Shown: in pieces, positions 1 through 10,783 of the stretch | Numbering within the stretch: position 1 is the stretch's first letter | Layout: each line of letters starts with the position of its first letter | NCBI GenBank assembly: GCA_046498165.1 | Contig: JAWOBC010000004.1 | Location: 1 to 34,305, forward strand | Direction: 5' to 3' | Source: Thermoplasmatota archaeon | Lineage (GTDB): Archaea > Thermoplasmatota > E2 > DHVEG-1 | DNA length: 34,305 nt | Translations under genes and position numbers: made by a program | The notes under the pieces: model-generated | Database searches by the model: none | The model's input: the letters and a program-made list of their open reading frames with translations, nothing else | What the model was told of the DNA's origin: nothing

Positions 1-126
1 AAAAAAATCCAAAACATTTTATCATTTTTCTTTTCTCATAGTATTTTTCCTTTTTTCGACTCCTGCCGAGTTAAATCACCTAAAGATTTTTAGAGAATGA
101 ACGGATGACGGGTGTGGTGATTCAAT

Positions 127-1266
127 TTGGATTTCAATCTCACCGATAATCAAAAATTATTCAAAAAAACCATTAGACAATTCTGCGAAAAAAACATTAC
201 ACCAATCGCAGAAAAAATAGATAAAGAAGAATACTTCCCCAAAGAGCTTTACAAAAAAATGGGGCAGATGGGGCTGATGGGTATGACCGTTCCCCAGGAA
301 TATGGAGGAGCAGGAATTGATCGGATCAGTTACATGATTGCTCTAGAAGAAATCTCCAGAGCCTGCGGATCAACGGGGCTAAACGTGGAAGCACATAATA
401 GCCTAGGCGTAGGACACATCTATGAAAAAGGAACCGAGGAACAACGAAAAAAATATCTGCCAAAACTCTGCAATGGTGAAGAACTCGCTGCATGGGCTCT
501 TACTGAACCAAATGCAGGATCAGATGCCAGTGCTACTCAGACCACTGCTGTTCTCGATGGTGATGAATGGATACTAAATGGAACCAAACAATTTATCACC
601 AGTGGGGATACCGCCTGGATTACCACAGTAATGGCCAAAACAGATAAAGACAAAGGTGCAAAAGGCATCAGCGCATTCATCGTGGAAAAAGACACCCCAG
701 GATTCACCATTGGACAACTCGAGGATAAACTCGGGCTGCGAGGAAGCCATACCGCAGAACTGATTTTTGAGGACTGCCGAATTCCAAAGGAAAACCTGCT
801 TGATGAACAAGGCAAAGGTTTCGTTGGAGCAATGAACATCCTTGACCGAGGACGAACAGCTATTGGAGCGATGAGCGTTGGTATTGCACGTGGTGCATTT
901 GAAGATGCATTGGAATATGCAAAGCAACGACAGCAATTTGGAAAACCAATTGGAAAAAACCAGGCGATTCAATGGATGCTAGCTGATATGGCAACAGATA
1001 TTGATGCCGCCCGATTACTGGTATTCCGAGCAGCAGATATGGAGGATAAAAATATTGCATTCACTAAAGAAGCAGCAATGGCGAAATTGTTTGCTTCAGA
1101 AAAAGCCATGCAGGCCACTGTAAAAGGTATTCAAATCCTTGGTGGATATGGATATACTCGAGAATATCCACAGGAACGATATTTTAGGGATATCAAACTC
1201 TGCACTATTGGCGAAGGAACCAGTGAAATACAACGGATGGTAATCGCAAGGCAACTTGGGCTATAA
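127..1266 (+). CDS. Acyl-CoA dehydrogenase (short/medium-chain, butyryl-CoA dehydrogenase-like)
   Basis: TTG start 6 nt after a GGTGA SD (116-120). ACAD hallmarks are present: LTEPNAGSDASATQTTA and the C-terminal IGEGTSEIQRMVIARQL. The catalytic Glu is at the MCAD-E376-type position, so this is not isovaleryl-CoA-DH-type. Length of 379 aa is typical. Confidence 0.9.
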   Translation: MDFNLTDNQKLFKKTIRQFCEKNITPIAEKIDKEEYFPKELYKKMGQMGLMGMTVPQEYGGAGIDRISYMIALEEISRACGSTGLNVEAHNSLGVGHIYEKGTEEQRKKYLPKLCNGEELAAWALTEPNAGSDASATQTTAVLDGDEWILNGTKQFITSGDTAWITTVMAKTDKDKGAKGISAFIVEKDTPGFTIGQLEDKLGLRGSHTAELIFEDCRIPKENLLDEQGKGFVGAMNILDRGRTAIGAMSVGIARGAFEDALEYAKQRQQFGKPIGKNQAIQWMLADMATDIDAARLLVFRAADMEDKNIAFTKEAAMAKLFASEKAMQATVKGIQILGGYGYTREYPQERYFRDIKLCTIGEGTSEIQRMVIARQLGL

Positions 1267-1289
1267 ACAAAAAAAGGAGTAAAAAAATC

Positions 1290-2933
1290 ATGGCAAAAAA
1301 AGCAATGACTGTACATGAAATAAAGGATTATGATGAACTCTACAAAAACTTCAAATGGAAAGTACCAAAATATTACAATTTTGGTTTCGATGTCGTCGAT
1401 AAATGGGCAGAGGATCGAACCAAACTGGCATTGATCTCCATTGATCGCACAGGTAAACATGATCGCTATCATACCTTTTATGATCTGAGCAAAGCATCAG
1501 ATCGATTTGCTAATATGCTACAAAACATCGGAGTGAAACCCGGTGATAGGGTACTAGTGATTCTGCAAAGTATACCAGAATGGTATATCGCTCTCATTGG
1601 AATGTTTAAACTAGGAGTCATTCCTATGCCAGGGACTGTGCTTCTCACCGCAAAAGATATTGAATACAGAATCAACCGTGCAGAAGCAACCATGGTCTTA
1701 ACTGATTTAGATCATGCTGATGCGGTTGAATCAGTGAAACCAAAATGTCCTACTCTGAAACATATGATGCTCGTGGATGGGAAACGAGCAAACTGGTACA
1801 ACTATGATGAAGAAATGAATGAAGTAACTAGTGATCTTGACAAAGACAACATTGGAAAAACCAAATCAACCGATCCTATGCTTATCTACTTTACCTCAGG
1901 GACCACAGGTCATCCAAAAATGGTACTGCATACCCATAGCTATCCGATTGGTCATGAAGTCACCGCTCGTTTCGCTCAAGCGCTCACCGAAAAAGACCTT
2001 CACTGGACCGTATCAGAAACAGGATGGGCGAAAGCCGCCTGGGGAAAACTCTTCGGACAAATGATTGCCGGAGCAGCAGTCATTCAATGGGAGACACCGG
2101 GTCGATTCGATCCTGATGGATTATTACGTGCCATGGAAAAATATGGCGTTACCACCTTTTGTGCACCACCCACCGTCTATCGGCTGCTCATTCAACAAGA
2201 TCTCTCCAAATACAATCTCAGCCTGCGACATTCCATGAGTGCTGGTGAACCACTCAACCCAGAAGTCATCAAACAATGGAAAGAAGCCTTTGGTTTAGAA
2301 ATCTATGATTTCTACGGACAAACCGAAACAGTGTGTGTGGTATCAAACTATCCATTTATGAAAATGAAATATGGATCCATGGGAAAACCAACACCGGGTC
2401 ATGATGTCCGCATCGTTGATGATGATGGAAAAGAACTAGGACCAAATGAAGAAGGAAACATTGCCCTTTATCTTAAAGAAAGTAGACCACCCGGTTTATT
2501 CAAGGAATACTGGAAAGATGAAGACATTATGCAGAAATCGTTCAAAGGGGACTACTATTACACCGGTGATCGAGGATTCATCGATAAAGATGGTTATTTC
2601 TGGTTTGTGGGAAGAGATGATGACGTCATCAAATCCTCTGGTTACCGAATCGGTCCCTTCGAAGTGGAATCTGCTCTTATTGAACATGATGCCGTAGCAG
2701 AATGTGCCGTTGTGGGCACACCTGATCCTGATGGTGTTCGAGGCATTGTAGTAAAAGCATTTGTGGTGCTTTCAAAAGGATACAAACCATCAAAAACATT
2801 GACCAAGGAACTACAGGATTACGTGAAAAAAACCACTGCACCCTACAAATACCCACGAATCATCCAATACATGGATGAACTCCCAAAAACGATTTCTGGA
2901 AAAATCCTGAGACGAGAACTTCGGAAACAATAA
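1290..2933 (+). CDS. AMP-forming acyl-CoA synthetase (medium-chain acyl-CoA ligase-like)
   Basis: ANL-superfamily motifs YFTSGTTGHPKMV, SGYRIGPFEVESAL and C-terminal PKTISGKILRRELR. 547 aa. ATG lies 23 nt after the acd stop, preceded by AGGAG. Confidence 0.9.
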   Translation: MAKKAMTVHEIKDYDELYKNFKWKVPKYYNFGFDVVDKWAEDRTKLALISIDRTGKHDRYHTFYDLSKASDRFANMLQNIGVKPGDRVLVILQSIPEWYIALIGMFKLGVIPMPGTVLLTAKDIEYRINRAEATMVLTDLDHADAVESVKPKCPTLKHMMLVDGKRANWYNYDEEMNEVTSDLDKDNIGKTKSTDPMLIYFTSGTTGHPKMVLHTHSYPIGHEVTARFAQALTEKDLHWTVSETGWAKAAWGKLFGQMIAGAAVIQWETPGRFDPDGLLRAMEKYGVTTFCAPPTVYRLLIQQDLSKYNLSLRHSMSAGEPLNPEVIKQWKEAFGLEIYDFYGQTETVCVVSNYPFMKMKYGSMGKPTPGHDVRIVDDDGKELGPNEEGNIALYLKESRPPGLFKEYWKDEDIMQKSFKGDYYYTGDRGFIDKDGYFWFVGRDDDVIKSSGYRIGPFEVESALIEHDAVAECAVVGTPDPDGVRGIVVKAFVVLSKGYKPSKTLTKELQDYVKKTTAPYKYPRIIQYMDELPKTISGKILRRELRKQ

Positions 2934-2949
2934 ATCGTTTTCACAACCC

Positions 2950-2967
2950 TCTCTTTTTTCTTTTTTT
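2950..2967 (+). terminator. Oligo-T/pyrimidine tract (archaeal-type terminator candidate) after the acyl-CoA synthetase gene
   Basis: tctcttttttcttttttt lies directly downstream of the stop at 2933. A second T7 run is at 2981-2987. No hairpin is required for archaeal termination. Confidence 0.3.
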
Positions 2968-3054
2968 GAATATTATCCGATTTTTTTGGAAAATCATTTA
3001 AACGCTTTTTCTATTGGTGATGTATACTTTCTAGATAGGAGGAGGCTACAGAAG

Positions 3055-4236
3055 ATGAAAGAAGTTGTCATTGTCGCTGGTGTGAGAACCGCACAAGGAA
3101 AATTTGCTGGTGCTTTAAAGAATTTTTCCGCTCCACAACTCGGGAGCATAGCAATTGATAGTGCTTGCAAACAAGCTAGGATCAAAAAAAAAGATGTTGA
3201 TGAAGTCATCATGGGATGTGTCGTTCCTGCTGGTCTTGGGCAAAACGTGGCCAGACAAGCAGCAATCGGTGCAGATATACCCTACGAAGCCGGTGCGTTA
3301 CATGTGGATAAAGTCTGTGGATCATCATTAAAAGCAGTGGTACTTGCCAATCAAGCCATTCAATGTGATGATGCAGATATCATTGTCGCTGGAGGAATGG
3401 AAAACATGAGCAATATTCCCTATGCCATTCCCAAAGCAAGATACGGACTTCGTATGTTTGATAGTAAAATCGTTGATCTCATGGTATGTGATGGACTTTG
3501 GGATGTGTACAATGATTTTCACATGGGAAACACTGGAGAAATCATTGCAGATCGACATGATATCAGTAGAAAGGACTGTGATGAATTCGCTGCATGGAGT
3601 CATCAAAAAGCAGAACATGCCACTGAAAAAGGATACTTCACCGATGAAATCACACCAGTTGAAATTCCTCAACGAAAAGATGATCCAATCACCTTTGAAA
3701 AAGATGAAGGCATCAGAGCAGGAACCACCAAAGAAAAACTTGCTGGATTAAAACCATTCTTTAAAAAAGATGGTGTGGTCACTGCTGGAAATGCTTCACA
3801 GATCACTGATGGATCATCAGCAGTGATTGTGATGAGTAGAGAAAAAGCAGATGAACTCGGAATCAAACCTTTGGTTAGCATCAAAGGATACAACACGAGT
3901 GGAGTGAAACCGGAACATGTGATGGAAGCACCTATCCCCGGTGTAGAACATCTGCTTAAAAAGATGAAATTAACTATTGATGATATCGATTTGGTTGAAC
4001 ATAATGAAGCATTTTCTTCAGCATCAATCGCAGTGATGAAATCCTTTGATATCCCAAAAGAAAAGTTCAATGTCCATGGAGGAGCAGTAGCACTTGGTCA
4101 TCCCATTGGGTCTAGTGGATCTCGGATCTTAGTGACGCTTATGCATGCGATGAACCGGATGAACAAAGAGAGAGGCTTAGCTACAATCTGTCTTGGTGGG
4201 GGAAACGCAGTATCAATGATTGTTGAAAGAGAATAA
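3055..4236 (+). CDS. Acetyl-CoA C-acetyltransferase (thiolase II)
   Basis: The conserved N-terminus [12 protein letters not shown] starts at ATG 3055, 9 nt after AGGAGGAGG. The ORF-track start at 2986 is a TTG extension. Active-site motifs: [42 protein letters not shown]. Confidence 0.9.
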   Translation: MKEVVIVAGVRTAQGKFAGALKNFSAPQLGSIAIDSACKQARIKKKDVDEVIMGCVVPAGLGQNVARQAAIGADIPYEAGALHVDKVCGSSLKAVVLANQAIQCDDADIIVAGGMENMSNIPYAIPKARYGLRMFDSKIVDLMVCDGLWDVYNDFHMGNTGEIIADRHDISRKDCDEFAAWSHQKAEHATEKGYFTDEITPVEIPQRKDDPITFEKDEGIRAGTTKEKLAGLKPFFKKDGVVTAGNASQITDGSSAVIVMSREKADELGIKPLVSIKGYNTSGVKPEHVMEAPIPGVEHLLKKMKLTIDDIDLVEHNEAFSSASIAVMKSFDIPKEKFNVHGGAVALGHPIGSSGSRILVTLMHAMNRMNKERGLATICLGGGNAVSMIVERE

Positions 4237-4255
4237 AAATATGGGGGAATATATC

Positions 4256-5113
4256 ATGAGTGTTAAAAAAATAGGTGTGATTGGTGCTGGACAAATGGGT
4301 CATGGTATCGCTCTAGTGTCTGCACAAGCTGGATACACCGTTATGCTAAGAGACATTAAAAAAGAATATGTAGAAAATGGACTGAACCGTATTGAGAAAT
4401 TTCTTTCAAAAAGTGTTGACAAAGGAAAAATGAAAGAAGCAGATAAAAAAAAGATACTTGATAACATCACTGGAACAACGAAACTCACTGATCTTAAAGA
4501 TGCAGATTTAATCATCGAAGCAATCTTTGAAGATATAGATGTTAAAAAAGACTTGTTCAAAGAACTTGATAACATTTGCAAAAAAGAAACCTATTTTGCT
4601 TCAAATACATCAACGATACCAATAACGGATCTTGCCTCAGCAACCAACAGACCTGAACAATTCATCGGCATGCATTTTATGAATCCTGTGCCATTAATGA
4701 AACTAGTAGAGGTCATCAGGGGATTACGAACCAGTGATGAAACCACGAATCTCATCCATGATTTATCAGAGAAAATGGGGAAAACACCAATTGAGGTCAA
4801 TGATGGACCCGGTTTTGTCTCCAACCGCTTACTTATGCCTATGATCAATGAAGCCGTTTTCTGCCTGCAAAATGATATAGGAACTGCTGAAAACATCGAT
4901 GCAGTGATGAAACTCGGGATGAATCATCCCATGGGGCCACTAGCACTTGCTGATCTCATCGGACTTGATGTCGTATTAAATATCATGAAAGTGCTCTACG
5001 AAGGATTCAATGATTCTAAATATCGACCTGCACCACTATTAAAAAAAATGGTGCAAGCAGGAATGCTAGGAAGAAAAACAGGGCAAGGATTTTATGATTA
5101 CACAAAAAAATAA
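4256..5113 (+). CDS. hbd: 3-hydroxybutyryl-CoA / 3-hydroxyacyl-CoA dehydrogenase (NAD-dependent)
   Basis: Rossmann motif [18 protein letters not shown] lies immediately after ATG 4256, with GGGGGA about 8 nt upstream. ORF-track start 4220 overlaps the thiolase gene. The resulting 285 aa is typical of Hbd. Confidence 0.9.
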   Translation: MSVKKIGVIGAGQMGHGIALVSAQAGYTVMLRDIKKEYVENGLNRIEKFLSKSVDKGKMKEADKKKILDNITGTTKLTDLKDADLIIEAIFEDIDVKKDLFKELDNICKKETYFASNTSTIPITDLASATNRPEQFIGMHFMNPVPLMKLVEVIRGLRTSDETTNLIHDLSEKMGKTPIEVNDGPGFVSNRLLMPMINEAVFCLQNDIGTAENIDAVMKLGMNHPMGPLALADLIGLDVVLNIMKVLYEGFNDSKYRPAPLLKKMVQAGMLGRKTGQGFYDYTKK

Positions 5114-5132
5114 TCTTAAAAGGTGAAAAAAG

Positions 5133-5912
5133 ATGCAATATCAAAACATCATCCTAGAAAAAAAAGACCATATTGGAACCATTAGAATCAACCGGCCAAA
5201 AGTTCTCAATGCACTCAACAAAGACACGGTCCGCGAACTTCTTTCCGCCGTAGCTGAACTAGAAGATGATCATAACATCAAAGCAGCGATTCTTACTGGC
5301 GAAGGCAAAGCATTCATAGCTGGAGCAGATATTAAACAAATGCAGGAAATGACCCCTCTAGAAGCAAAAGAGTTCGCTGAACTTGGTCATAGTCTTCCCC
5401 GAAACATTGAGGATTCCCGACTACCCTTTATCGCAGCGGTCAACGGTTATGCGCTTGGTGGAGGCTGCGAAGTGATGATGGCCTGTGACATCTGCATTGC
5501 ATCTAACGCGGCGGTTATCGGGCAACCTGAAATCAACCTTGGAATCAACCCTGGTTTTGGTGGAACACAACGACTCCCAAGAATAGTGGGATTGATGAAA
5601 GCAAAAGAACTCCTTCTCACAGGGAGAAATCTGAAAGCAGAAGAAGCATACTCAATAGGTCTCATCAATAAAATCGTAGAACCAGAAAACCTCACTGAAG
5701 AAGTAGAAAAACTCGCCCATGAAATCGCAGCGAAATCATCAGTTCAAACCGCATTTATCAAAGCACTGGTCAATAAAGGGTCTCATATCGATCTGAACAG
5801 TGCCTGTGCTCTAGAGATATCCTATTTTTCAACCAGTTTTTCTACTCATGATCAAAAAGAAGGAATGAAAGCATTCTTAGAAAAACGCAAAGCAGATTTC
5901 AAAGGAAAATAA
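5133..5912 (+). CDS. crt: Enoyl-CoA hydratase (crotonase), both catalytic glutamates present
   Basis: ALGGGCEVMMACDI and GQPEINLGINPGFGGTQRLPR carry the two crotonase Glu residues. 259 aa. AGGTGA SD precedes the ATG. Confidence 0.85.
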   Translation: MQYQNIILEKKDHIGTIRINRPKVLNALNKDTVRELLSAVAELEDDHNIKAAILTGEGKAFIAGADIKQMQEMTPLEAKEFAELGHSLPRNIEDSRLPFIAAVNGYALGGGCEVMMACDICIASNAAVIGQPEINLGINPGFGGTQRLPRIVGLMKAKELLLTGRNLKAEEAYSIGLINKIVEPENLTEEVEKLAHEIAAKSSVQTAFIKALVNKGSHIDLNSACALEISYFSTSFSTHDQKEGMKAFLEKRKADFKGK

Positions 5913-5932
5913 ACCAATTTCCCCCTCTTTTT

Positions 5933-6877
5933 TTATTTTAACACTTTATTAAGGATTTCATCAGCAGCAGAATGAGGATCAATCTCCTTTTTACAAATAC
6001 TACTAATCAACTGATCTATTTTTGATTTAAACTGCTGCTCATCAAATACAAAGCTCATCACTCGTTTCCGAATGATTTCAACAAGTTCAGCTTCATACCG
6101 CATTCTCCTCTGCGCCTCAAACTGTTTTGTTTTCTGAAGCATCAGTTTATGATCTTGAATGGTAGATGCTAAATCATGAATATGTGTCCCATCCTTTGCA
6201 ATCGTCTGCACAATTGGTGTTTTATAATCCTTGTTCGCACATTCAATCTCAACTAGACTTTGAACTTCTGCAACCGTTTGTTCAACACCTTCTCGATCTG
6301 CCTTGTTTACCACATAGATATCAGCGATTTCCATGATGCCTGCTTTCAACGTTTGAACCGAGTCACCAAGACCAGGAACAACGACGACAATGGTCGTATC
6401 CGCAATCTTGATGATGTCAACTTCTGCTTGGCCTACCCCGACGGTTTCGACAAGGATGATATCTTTTCCTGCGGCATCAAAAATCTCAGCGATATCATAT
6501 ACTGCGCTCGTCAAACCTCCAAGCATTCCCCGGGTTCCCAAACTTCGAATGAACACTCCTTCATCCATAGCAAGTTCCATCATTCGGATTCGATCACCAA
6601 GCAATGCTCCACCAGAAAACGGACTGGTTGGATCAACAGCAATGATACCAACGGTTTTTCCTCGTTTTCGATACCATTTCGTTAATTCAAAAATAAGAGT
6701 GCTTTTTCCACAGCCCATCACCCCAGTGATCCCAATAACCTGAGCCTTCCCCGTATGAGCATGAATTTCCTTCATCAATGCATGACCCTCAGGATGATCA
6801 TTTTCAACAAGGGTGATTAATCGTGCAATCGCTCGTTGATCACCGCTGATAACACGGGATGATAATGATTCCGTCAT
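5933..6877 (-). CDS. meaB: MeaB/ArgK-type G-protein chaperone of B12 acyl-CoA mutases
   Basis: P-loop [14 protein letters not shown] and NKxD motif VVNKADREG. 314 aa. The start overlaps the stop of the upstream mutase small subunit as ATGA (6874-6877). Confidence 0.85.
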   Translation of the reverse strand: MTESLSSRVISGDQRAIARLITLVENDHPEGHALMKEIHAHTGKAQVIGITGVMGCGKSTLIFELTKWYRKRGKTVGIIAVDPTSPFSGGALLGDRIRMMELAMDEGVFIRSLGTRGMLGGLTSAVYDIAEIFDAAGKDIILVETVGVGQAEVDIIKIADTTIVVVVPGLGDSVQTLKAGIMEIADIYVVNKADREGVEQTVAEVQSLVEIECANKDYKTPIVQTIAKDGTHIHDLASTIQDHKLMLQKTKQFEAQRRMRYEAELVEIIRKRVMSFVFDEQQFKSKIDQLISSICKKEIDPHSAADEILNKVLK

Positions 6878-7269
6878 TGTTTCACATTCTTTTTCACAAA
6901 CTCAACGATTTCATCAACAGGAGTACCAGGGCCAAAAACTCCACCGATACCTTTTTTCTTTAATTTCGGTATATCCTCCTTAGGTATAATACCGCCACCA
7001 AGAACTAAGACATCACCTAATCCCTTTTCTTTTAACAGATCAGCGACATCAACAAAAAGCGTCATATGAGCACCAGACAACAAACTCAGGCCCACGACAT
7101 GGACATCTTCCTGAATCGCTGCTTCCACGATCATAGCTGGTGTTTGATGTAATCCGGTATAAATTACTTCCATCCCTGCATCACGGAGGGCACGAGCAAC
7201 CACTTTTGCCCCTCGGTCATGACCATCAAGCCCTGGCTTTGCGATAAGCACACGAATTTTTTGTTCCAT
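6874..7269 (-). CDS. icmB: B12-binding small subunit of acyl-CoA mutase (methylmalonyl-/isobutyryl-CoA mutase family)
   Basis: Cobalamin DxHxxG motif in [16 protein letters not shown]. 131 aa, the size of stand-alone IcmB and archaeal Mcm small subunits. Confidence 0.9.
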   Translation of the reverse strand: MEQKIRVLIAKPGLDGHDRGAKVVARALRDAGMEVIYTGLHQTPAMIVEAAIQEDVHVVGLSLLSGAHMTLFVDVADLLKEKGLGDVLVLGGGIIPKEDIPKLKKKGIGGVFGPGTPVDEIVEFVKKNVKQ

Positions 7270-7294
7270 ACTAATTCACTCCCCATACTCTTTG

Positions 7295-8971
7295 TTAATA
7301 CAAACTTGTTTCCTTGTATTCTCCAAATTCATCACGAAATACCTGACAGATCTCACCAAGAGTAGCATACCCATGTACACACTCAAGGATATGAGGCATC
7401 AAATTACTCTCATCCCGTGTAGCCTTCCTTAGTTTTTCAAGTTTCTGATTAACCTTTATTTTATCCCGATTTTTTCGTAATTGTTGCAGTCGTTTAATCT
7501 GTCGTTCCTCACCTTTCTCATCCATTTTTAGAAGAGGGATATCGATTTCCTCATCAGTCTGATAATTGTTCACACCAACAATGGTTCGTTTCCGGTCATC
7601 AATTTCCTTTTGATATTTATATGCTGCTTCAGCGATTTCACGTTGGAAAAACCCTTTTTCAATGGCAGGAATCACCCCGCCTAATTGTTCAACGCGATCA
7701 AAATATTGGTAGGTTTCCTCCTCCATTTTATCTGTCAACCATTCAACATAATATGATCCACCTAAAGGATCAACGGTATGAGTTACCCCACTCTCTTCAG
7801 CAATAATCTGCTGTGTACGCAATGCAATACGCACTGCTTTCTCACTGGGAAGGGCGAGAGCTTCATCCATGGAATTTGTATGAAGAGATTGGGTTCCACC
7901 AAGAACCGCGGCAAGAGCCTGCATGGTCACCCGAACAATGTTGATTTCAGGTTGCTGCGCTGTTAAAGAACAACCCGCAGTCTGGGTATGAAAACGTAAA
8001 AGAAGAGATCTGTTCTTTTTTGCCCCTAGTTTTTTCATCTCCTTTGCCCAAATTCTTCGAGCAGCACGGTATTTTGCGATTTCTTCGAAGAAATCATTAT
8101 GAGCATTGAAAAAAAAGCTCAGACGAGGGGCAAACTGATCGATTTCAAGACCCCGCTCAACTGCCCATTTCACGTATTCAATGCCATCACCGAGGGTAAA
8201 GGCGAGTTCTTGCACCGCAGTAGAACCAGCCTCCCGAATATGATATCCGCTAATACTAATCGTGTTCCACCGAGGAACGTTTTTTGATCCATATTCAAAG
8301 GTATCAACGATCAAGCGCATGGATGGTTTTGGGGGGAAAATATATGATTTCTGCGCAATATATTCTTTTAAAATATCATTTTGAATGGTGCCACCAATTA
8401 AATCCTTACTGATACCTCTATTCTCAGCATTTGCTATATAAAACGCCCAAACAATAGCAGCAGGTCCATTAATGGTCATACTCGTGGTTACCTTATCAAT
8501 AGGAATATCCTGAAATAAAATCTCCATATCCTTTAATGAAGAAATAGCAACACCACATTTTCCAAATTCACCACGGGCCAAGGGATGATCTGTGTCATAT
8601 CCATAAAGCGTCGGGTAATCAAAGGCAACACTCAAACCAGTTTCACCATGATCAAGTAGATATTTATAGCGTTGGTTGGTCTCTTCAGCAGATCCAAAAC
8701 CGGCGAACTGCCGCATGGTCCACAGTCGTCCGCGATGCATGGTAGCATGGATACCTCGTAAAAAAGGAAATTCACCGGGAAAACCTCGATCTGAGAGATA
8801 CTCATCATCCTTAACATCCAGTGGGGTATACAGCGGATCAATAGTAATTGAGGAAAGGTTCTCAAACTCTTTTTTTCTCTCCGGATGGTTCTTAGTCAAA
8901 GCCTCATAGGTTTCCTTTTCCCAACTCTTCTTTGCTTTTTTGATGTCATCAAGGTTTTTTTTATCAACCAT
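7295..8971 (-). CDS. icmA: B12-dependent acyl-CoA mutase large (substrate-binding) subunit, methylmalonyl-CoA mutase family, with an isobutyryl-CoA-mutase-type Phe89/Gln207 signature
   Basis: Family blocks [65 protein letters not shown] and HTQTAG. 558 aa. Residue 89 is Phe (TTC, 8705-8707) and residue 207 is Gln (CAG, 8351-8353). Confidence 0.9.
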   Translation of the reverse strand: MVDKKNLDDIKKAKKSWEKETYEALTKNHPERKKEFENLSSITIDPLYTPLDVKDDEYLSDRGFPGEFPFLRGIHATMHRGRLWTMRQFAGFGSAEETNQRYKYLLDHGETGLSVAFDYPTLYGYDTDHPLARGEFGKCGVAISSLKDMEILFQDIPIDKVTTSMTINGPAAIVWAFYIANAENRGISKDLIGGTIQNDILKEYIAQKSYIFPPKPSMRLIVDTFEYGSKNVPRWNTISISGYHIREAGSTAVQELAFTLGDGIEYVKWAVERGLEIDQFAPRLSFFFNAHNDFFEEIAKYRAARRIWAKEMKKLGAKKNRSLLLRFHTQTAGCSLTAQQPEINIVRVTMQALAAVLGGTQSLHTNSMDEALALPSEKAVRIALRTQQIIAEESGVTHTVDPLGGSYYVEWLTDKMEEETYQYFDRVEQLGGVIPAIEKGFFQREIAEAAYKYQKEIDDRKRTIVGVNNYQTDEEIDIPLLKMDEKGEERQIKRLQQLRKNRDKIKVNQKLEKLRKATRDESNLMPHILECVHGYATLGEICQVFRDEFGEYKETSLY

Positions 8972-8991
8972 TTATCTTTCACCTATTTATG

Positions 8992-9510
8992 TTAAAAATC
9001 AATTCCCTTCCGTGACTGTATTCCTTTTTGATAAGGATGTTTTATCTCAAGCATCTCTGTGACAAGATCTGCTTTTTGGATAATTTTTTCATGTGCATAT
9101 CGGCCAGTTAACACCAGTTCGAGAGATTCTGGTTTCTCCTCCATGATTTTTAGAACATCCTGGAGTCTAATGAGATTGAAATCAACTGCAACATTAATTT
9201 CATCAAGAATAATAATATCATATTTGTTATCATAAATAATCTTTTTTGCAAAAGAAAATCCCTGTTGAGCCATATCAATATCTATCTGCTCAGGGTTTTC
9301 CTTATTGACAAATTCATCTCGACCATGCTGAGAAACCGAAAAATGTGACAAGTGAGCAATCGCATCAATCTCACTATACCGTCGACCTTTCATGAACTGA
9401 ATCATATGAACCTTAAATCCTTCACCTGTTGCCCGTAACCCTAGACCTAGCGCGGCAGTCGTTTTCCCTTTACCTGAACCAGTATAGACATGGATGAGAC
9501 CCTTTTTCAC
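8992..9510 (-). CDS. cobO: ATP:cob(I)alamin adenosyltransferase (CobA/CobO/BtuR type)
   Basis: N-terminal P-loop YTGSGKGKTTAALGLGLRA. 172 aa with a GTG start. It is the first gene of the mutase operon. Confidence 0.85.
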   Translation of the reverse strand: MKKGLIHVYTGSGKGKTTAALGLGLRATGEGFKVHMIQFMKGRRYSEIDAIAHLSHFSVSQHGRDEFVNKENPEQIDIDMAQQGFSFAKKIIYDNKYDIIILDEINVAVDFNLIRLQDVLKIMEEKPESLELVLTGRYAHEKIIQKADLVTEMLEIKHPYQKGIQSRKGIDF

Positions 9511-9620
9511 GTTAACAGCTCCCCAGATTATGAATATATAGATATATTATATGTCTTTCTTTTTGATACACATCGTTTTTTATGGAAAGATTTATGTTAT
9601 CATATTTTATTTGCCTCTCC

Positions 9621-10763
9621 ATGCAATTAGAATTAAATGACCAACAAAAAATGATTCAAAAAATGGTTCGGGAGTTTGCTGAAAAAGAAGTTGCTCCCCT
9701 TGCTCAAGAACTCGATGAAAACGAGGAATACCCAACAAAGACCCTTGAAAAAATGGCCAAGTTGGGACTTCTCGGTGTCATCATTCCACAGGAATACGGA
9801 GGTGCAGGACTGGATACCATAAGCTATGAAATCGTAGTAGAGGAAATCTCACGGAAATGCGCATCAACTGGTGTTGTCACCTCGGTTCATAATTCCCTGG
9901 CAGCTTGGCCGATCATGCACTATGGAACCGAAGAACAAAAAAAGAAATATCTTCCCATTTTAGCAAAAGGAGAAAAAATCGGTGCATTTGCCGGAACAGA
10001 ACCAAATGCTGGATCAGATCTGGGGGCAATGAAAACTACAGCAACGCTCAAAGGAGACAAATACATCATCAACGGCGACAAAACATTCATCACCAGCGGT
10101 CCAGAAGCAGGAATCATCATTGTTTTTGCGGTTACTGATAAAGACGCTGGATCAAAAGGAATCAGTGCTTTCATCGTGGAAAGCGATATGAAAGGATACA
10201 AAGTCGGAAGTATCTTTGACAAACTCGGCATCAATGCCAGCAAAACATCAGAACTTATCTTCGAAGACATGGAAGTACCAAAAGAAAATCTTTTAGGAAA
10301 AGAAGGAGATGGTTTTAAGATCTGCCTTGCAACCTTAGATGGTGGACGTATTGGGATTGCTGCACAAGCCGTGGGTATCGCACAAGCCGCTCTTGATGAA
10401 TGCATTGAATATGCAAAACAACGACAACAATTCGGTCGACCGCTTGCGAAATTCCAAGCCATTCAATGGATGATAGCAGATATGGCCACCCGCGTAGAAG
10501 CAGCCCGAATGCTTACCCTGAATGCTGCTTATACCAAGGATCAAGGCAAAGGAAGATATTCAAAGGAAGCAGCCATGGCAAAACTCTATGCATCAGAAAC
10601 CGCTATGGACAGCGTCATCAAAGCCGTCCAAATCCATGGAGGATACGGCTACACCAAGGAATACACCGTGGAACGATTGTTCCGAGATGCAAAAATCACT
10701 GAGATCTATGAAGGAACCAGTGAAGTCCAACGCATGGTGATTGCTGCCAGTCTCCTTAGGTAA
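9621..10763 (+). CDS. Acyl-CoA dehydrogenase (short/medium-chain type), paralogue of 127-1266
   Basis: N-terminus MQLELNDQQKMIQKMVREF is collinear with MDFNLTDNQKLFKKTIRQF of the first ACAD, so start is ATG 9621. ORF-track 9582 adds 13 non-conserved residues. Motifs GTEPNAGSDLGAMKTTA and IYEGTSEVQRMVIA. Confidence 0.9.
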   Translation: MQLELNDQQKMIQKMVREFAEKEVAPLAQELDENEEYPTKTLEKMAKLGLLGVIIPQEYGGAGLDTISYEIVVEEISRKCASTGVVTSVHNSLAAWPIMHYGTEEQKKKYLPILAKGEKIGAFAGTEPNAGSDLGAMKTTATLKGDKYIINGDKTFITSGPEAGIIIVFAVTDKDAGSKGISAFIVESDMKGYKVGSIFDKLGINASKTSELIFEDMEVPKENLLGKEGDGFKICLATLDGGRIGIAAQAVGIAQAALDECIEYAKQRQQFGRPLAKFQAIQWMIADMATRVEAARMLTLNAAYTKDQGKGRYSKEAAMAKLYASETAMDSVIKAVQIHGGYGYTKEYTVERLFRDAKITEIYEGTSEVQRMVIAASLLR

Positions 10764-10783
10764 AGAATTTATTGTGTGATATT

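Noticed and set aside
2986-3054. N-terminal extensions offered by the ORF track: thiolase 2986, hbd 4220, second acd 9582, mvhG 18831, hydrogenase protease 21150, mvhD TTG 18421, acs2 TTG 10772.
   Set aside because: The extensions are non-conserved, often overlap the upstream gene or terminator tract, and lack an SD. In each case the family-typical N-terminus begins at an internal ATG preceded by GGAGG/GGTGA at 5-10 nt.
9533-9548. AT palindrome AATATAT-AG-ATATATT in the divergent cobO/acd intergenic region. Considered as a shared operator.
   Set aside because: It is pure A/T sequence about 30 nt upstream of the cobO GTG start. It is more simply explained as a (bidirectional) TATA/BRE-type promoter element, and palindromy is expected by chance in alternating AT.
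9511-9620. Cobalamin riboswitch upstream of the adenosyltransferase-mutase operon.
   Set aside because: Only about 110 nt are shared with a divergent promoter. I could see no B12-box-like conserved core or extended pairing. It is too short for the aptamer plus expression platform.
9920-10462. Long antisense or alternative-frame ORFs inside conserved genes, e.g. 9920-10462(-), 12240-12674(-), 3669-4070(-), 6260-6685(+), 16907-17281(-), 19877-20284(-), 33217-33570(-).
   Set aside because: They lie entirely within genes with strong family motifs on the other strand or frame. Their composition is low-complexity or Cys/Ser/Phe-rich, and they show no SD or recognisable motifs. They are typical shadow ORFs of AT-rich DNA.
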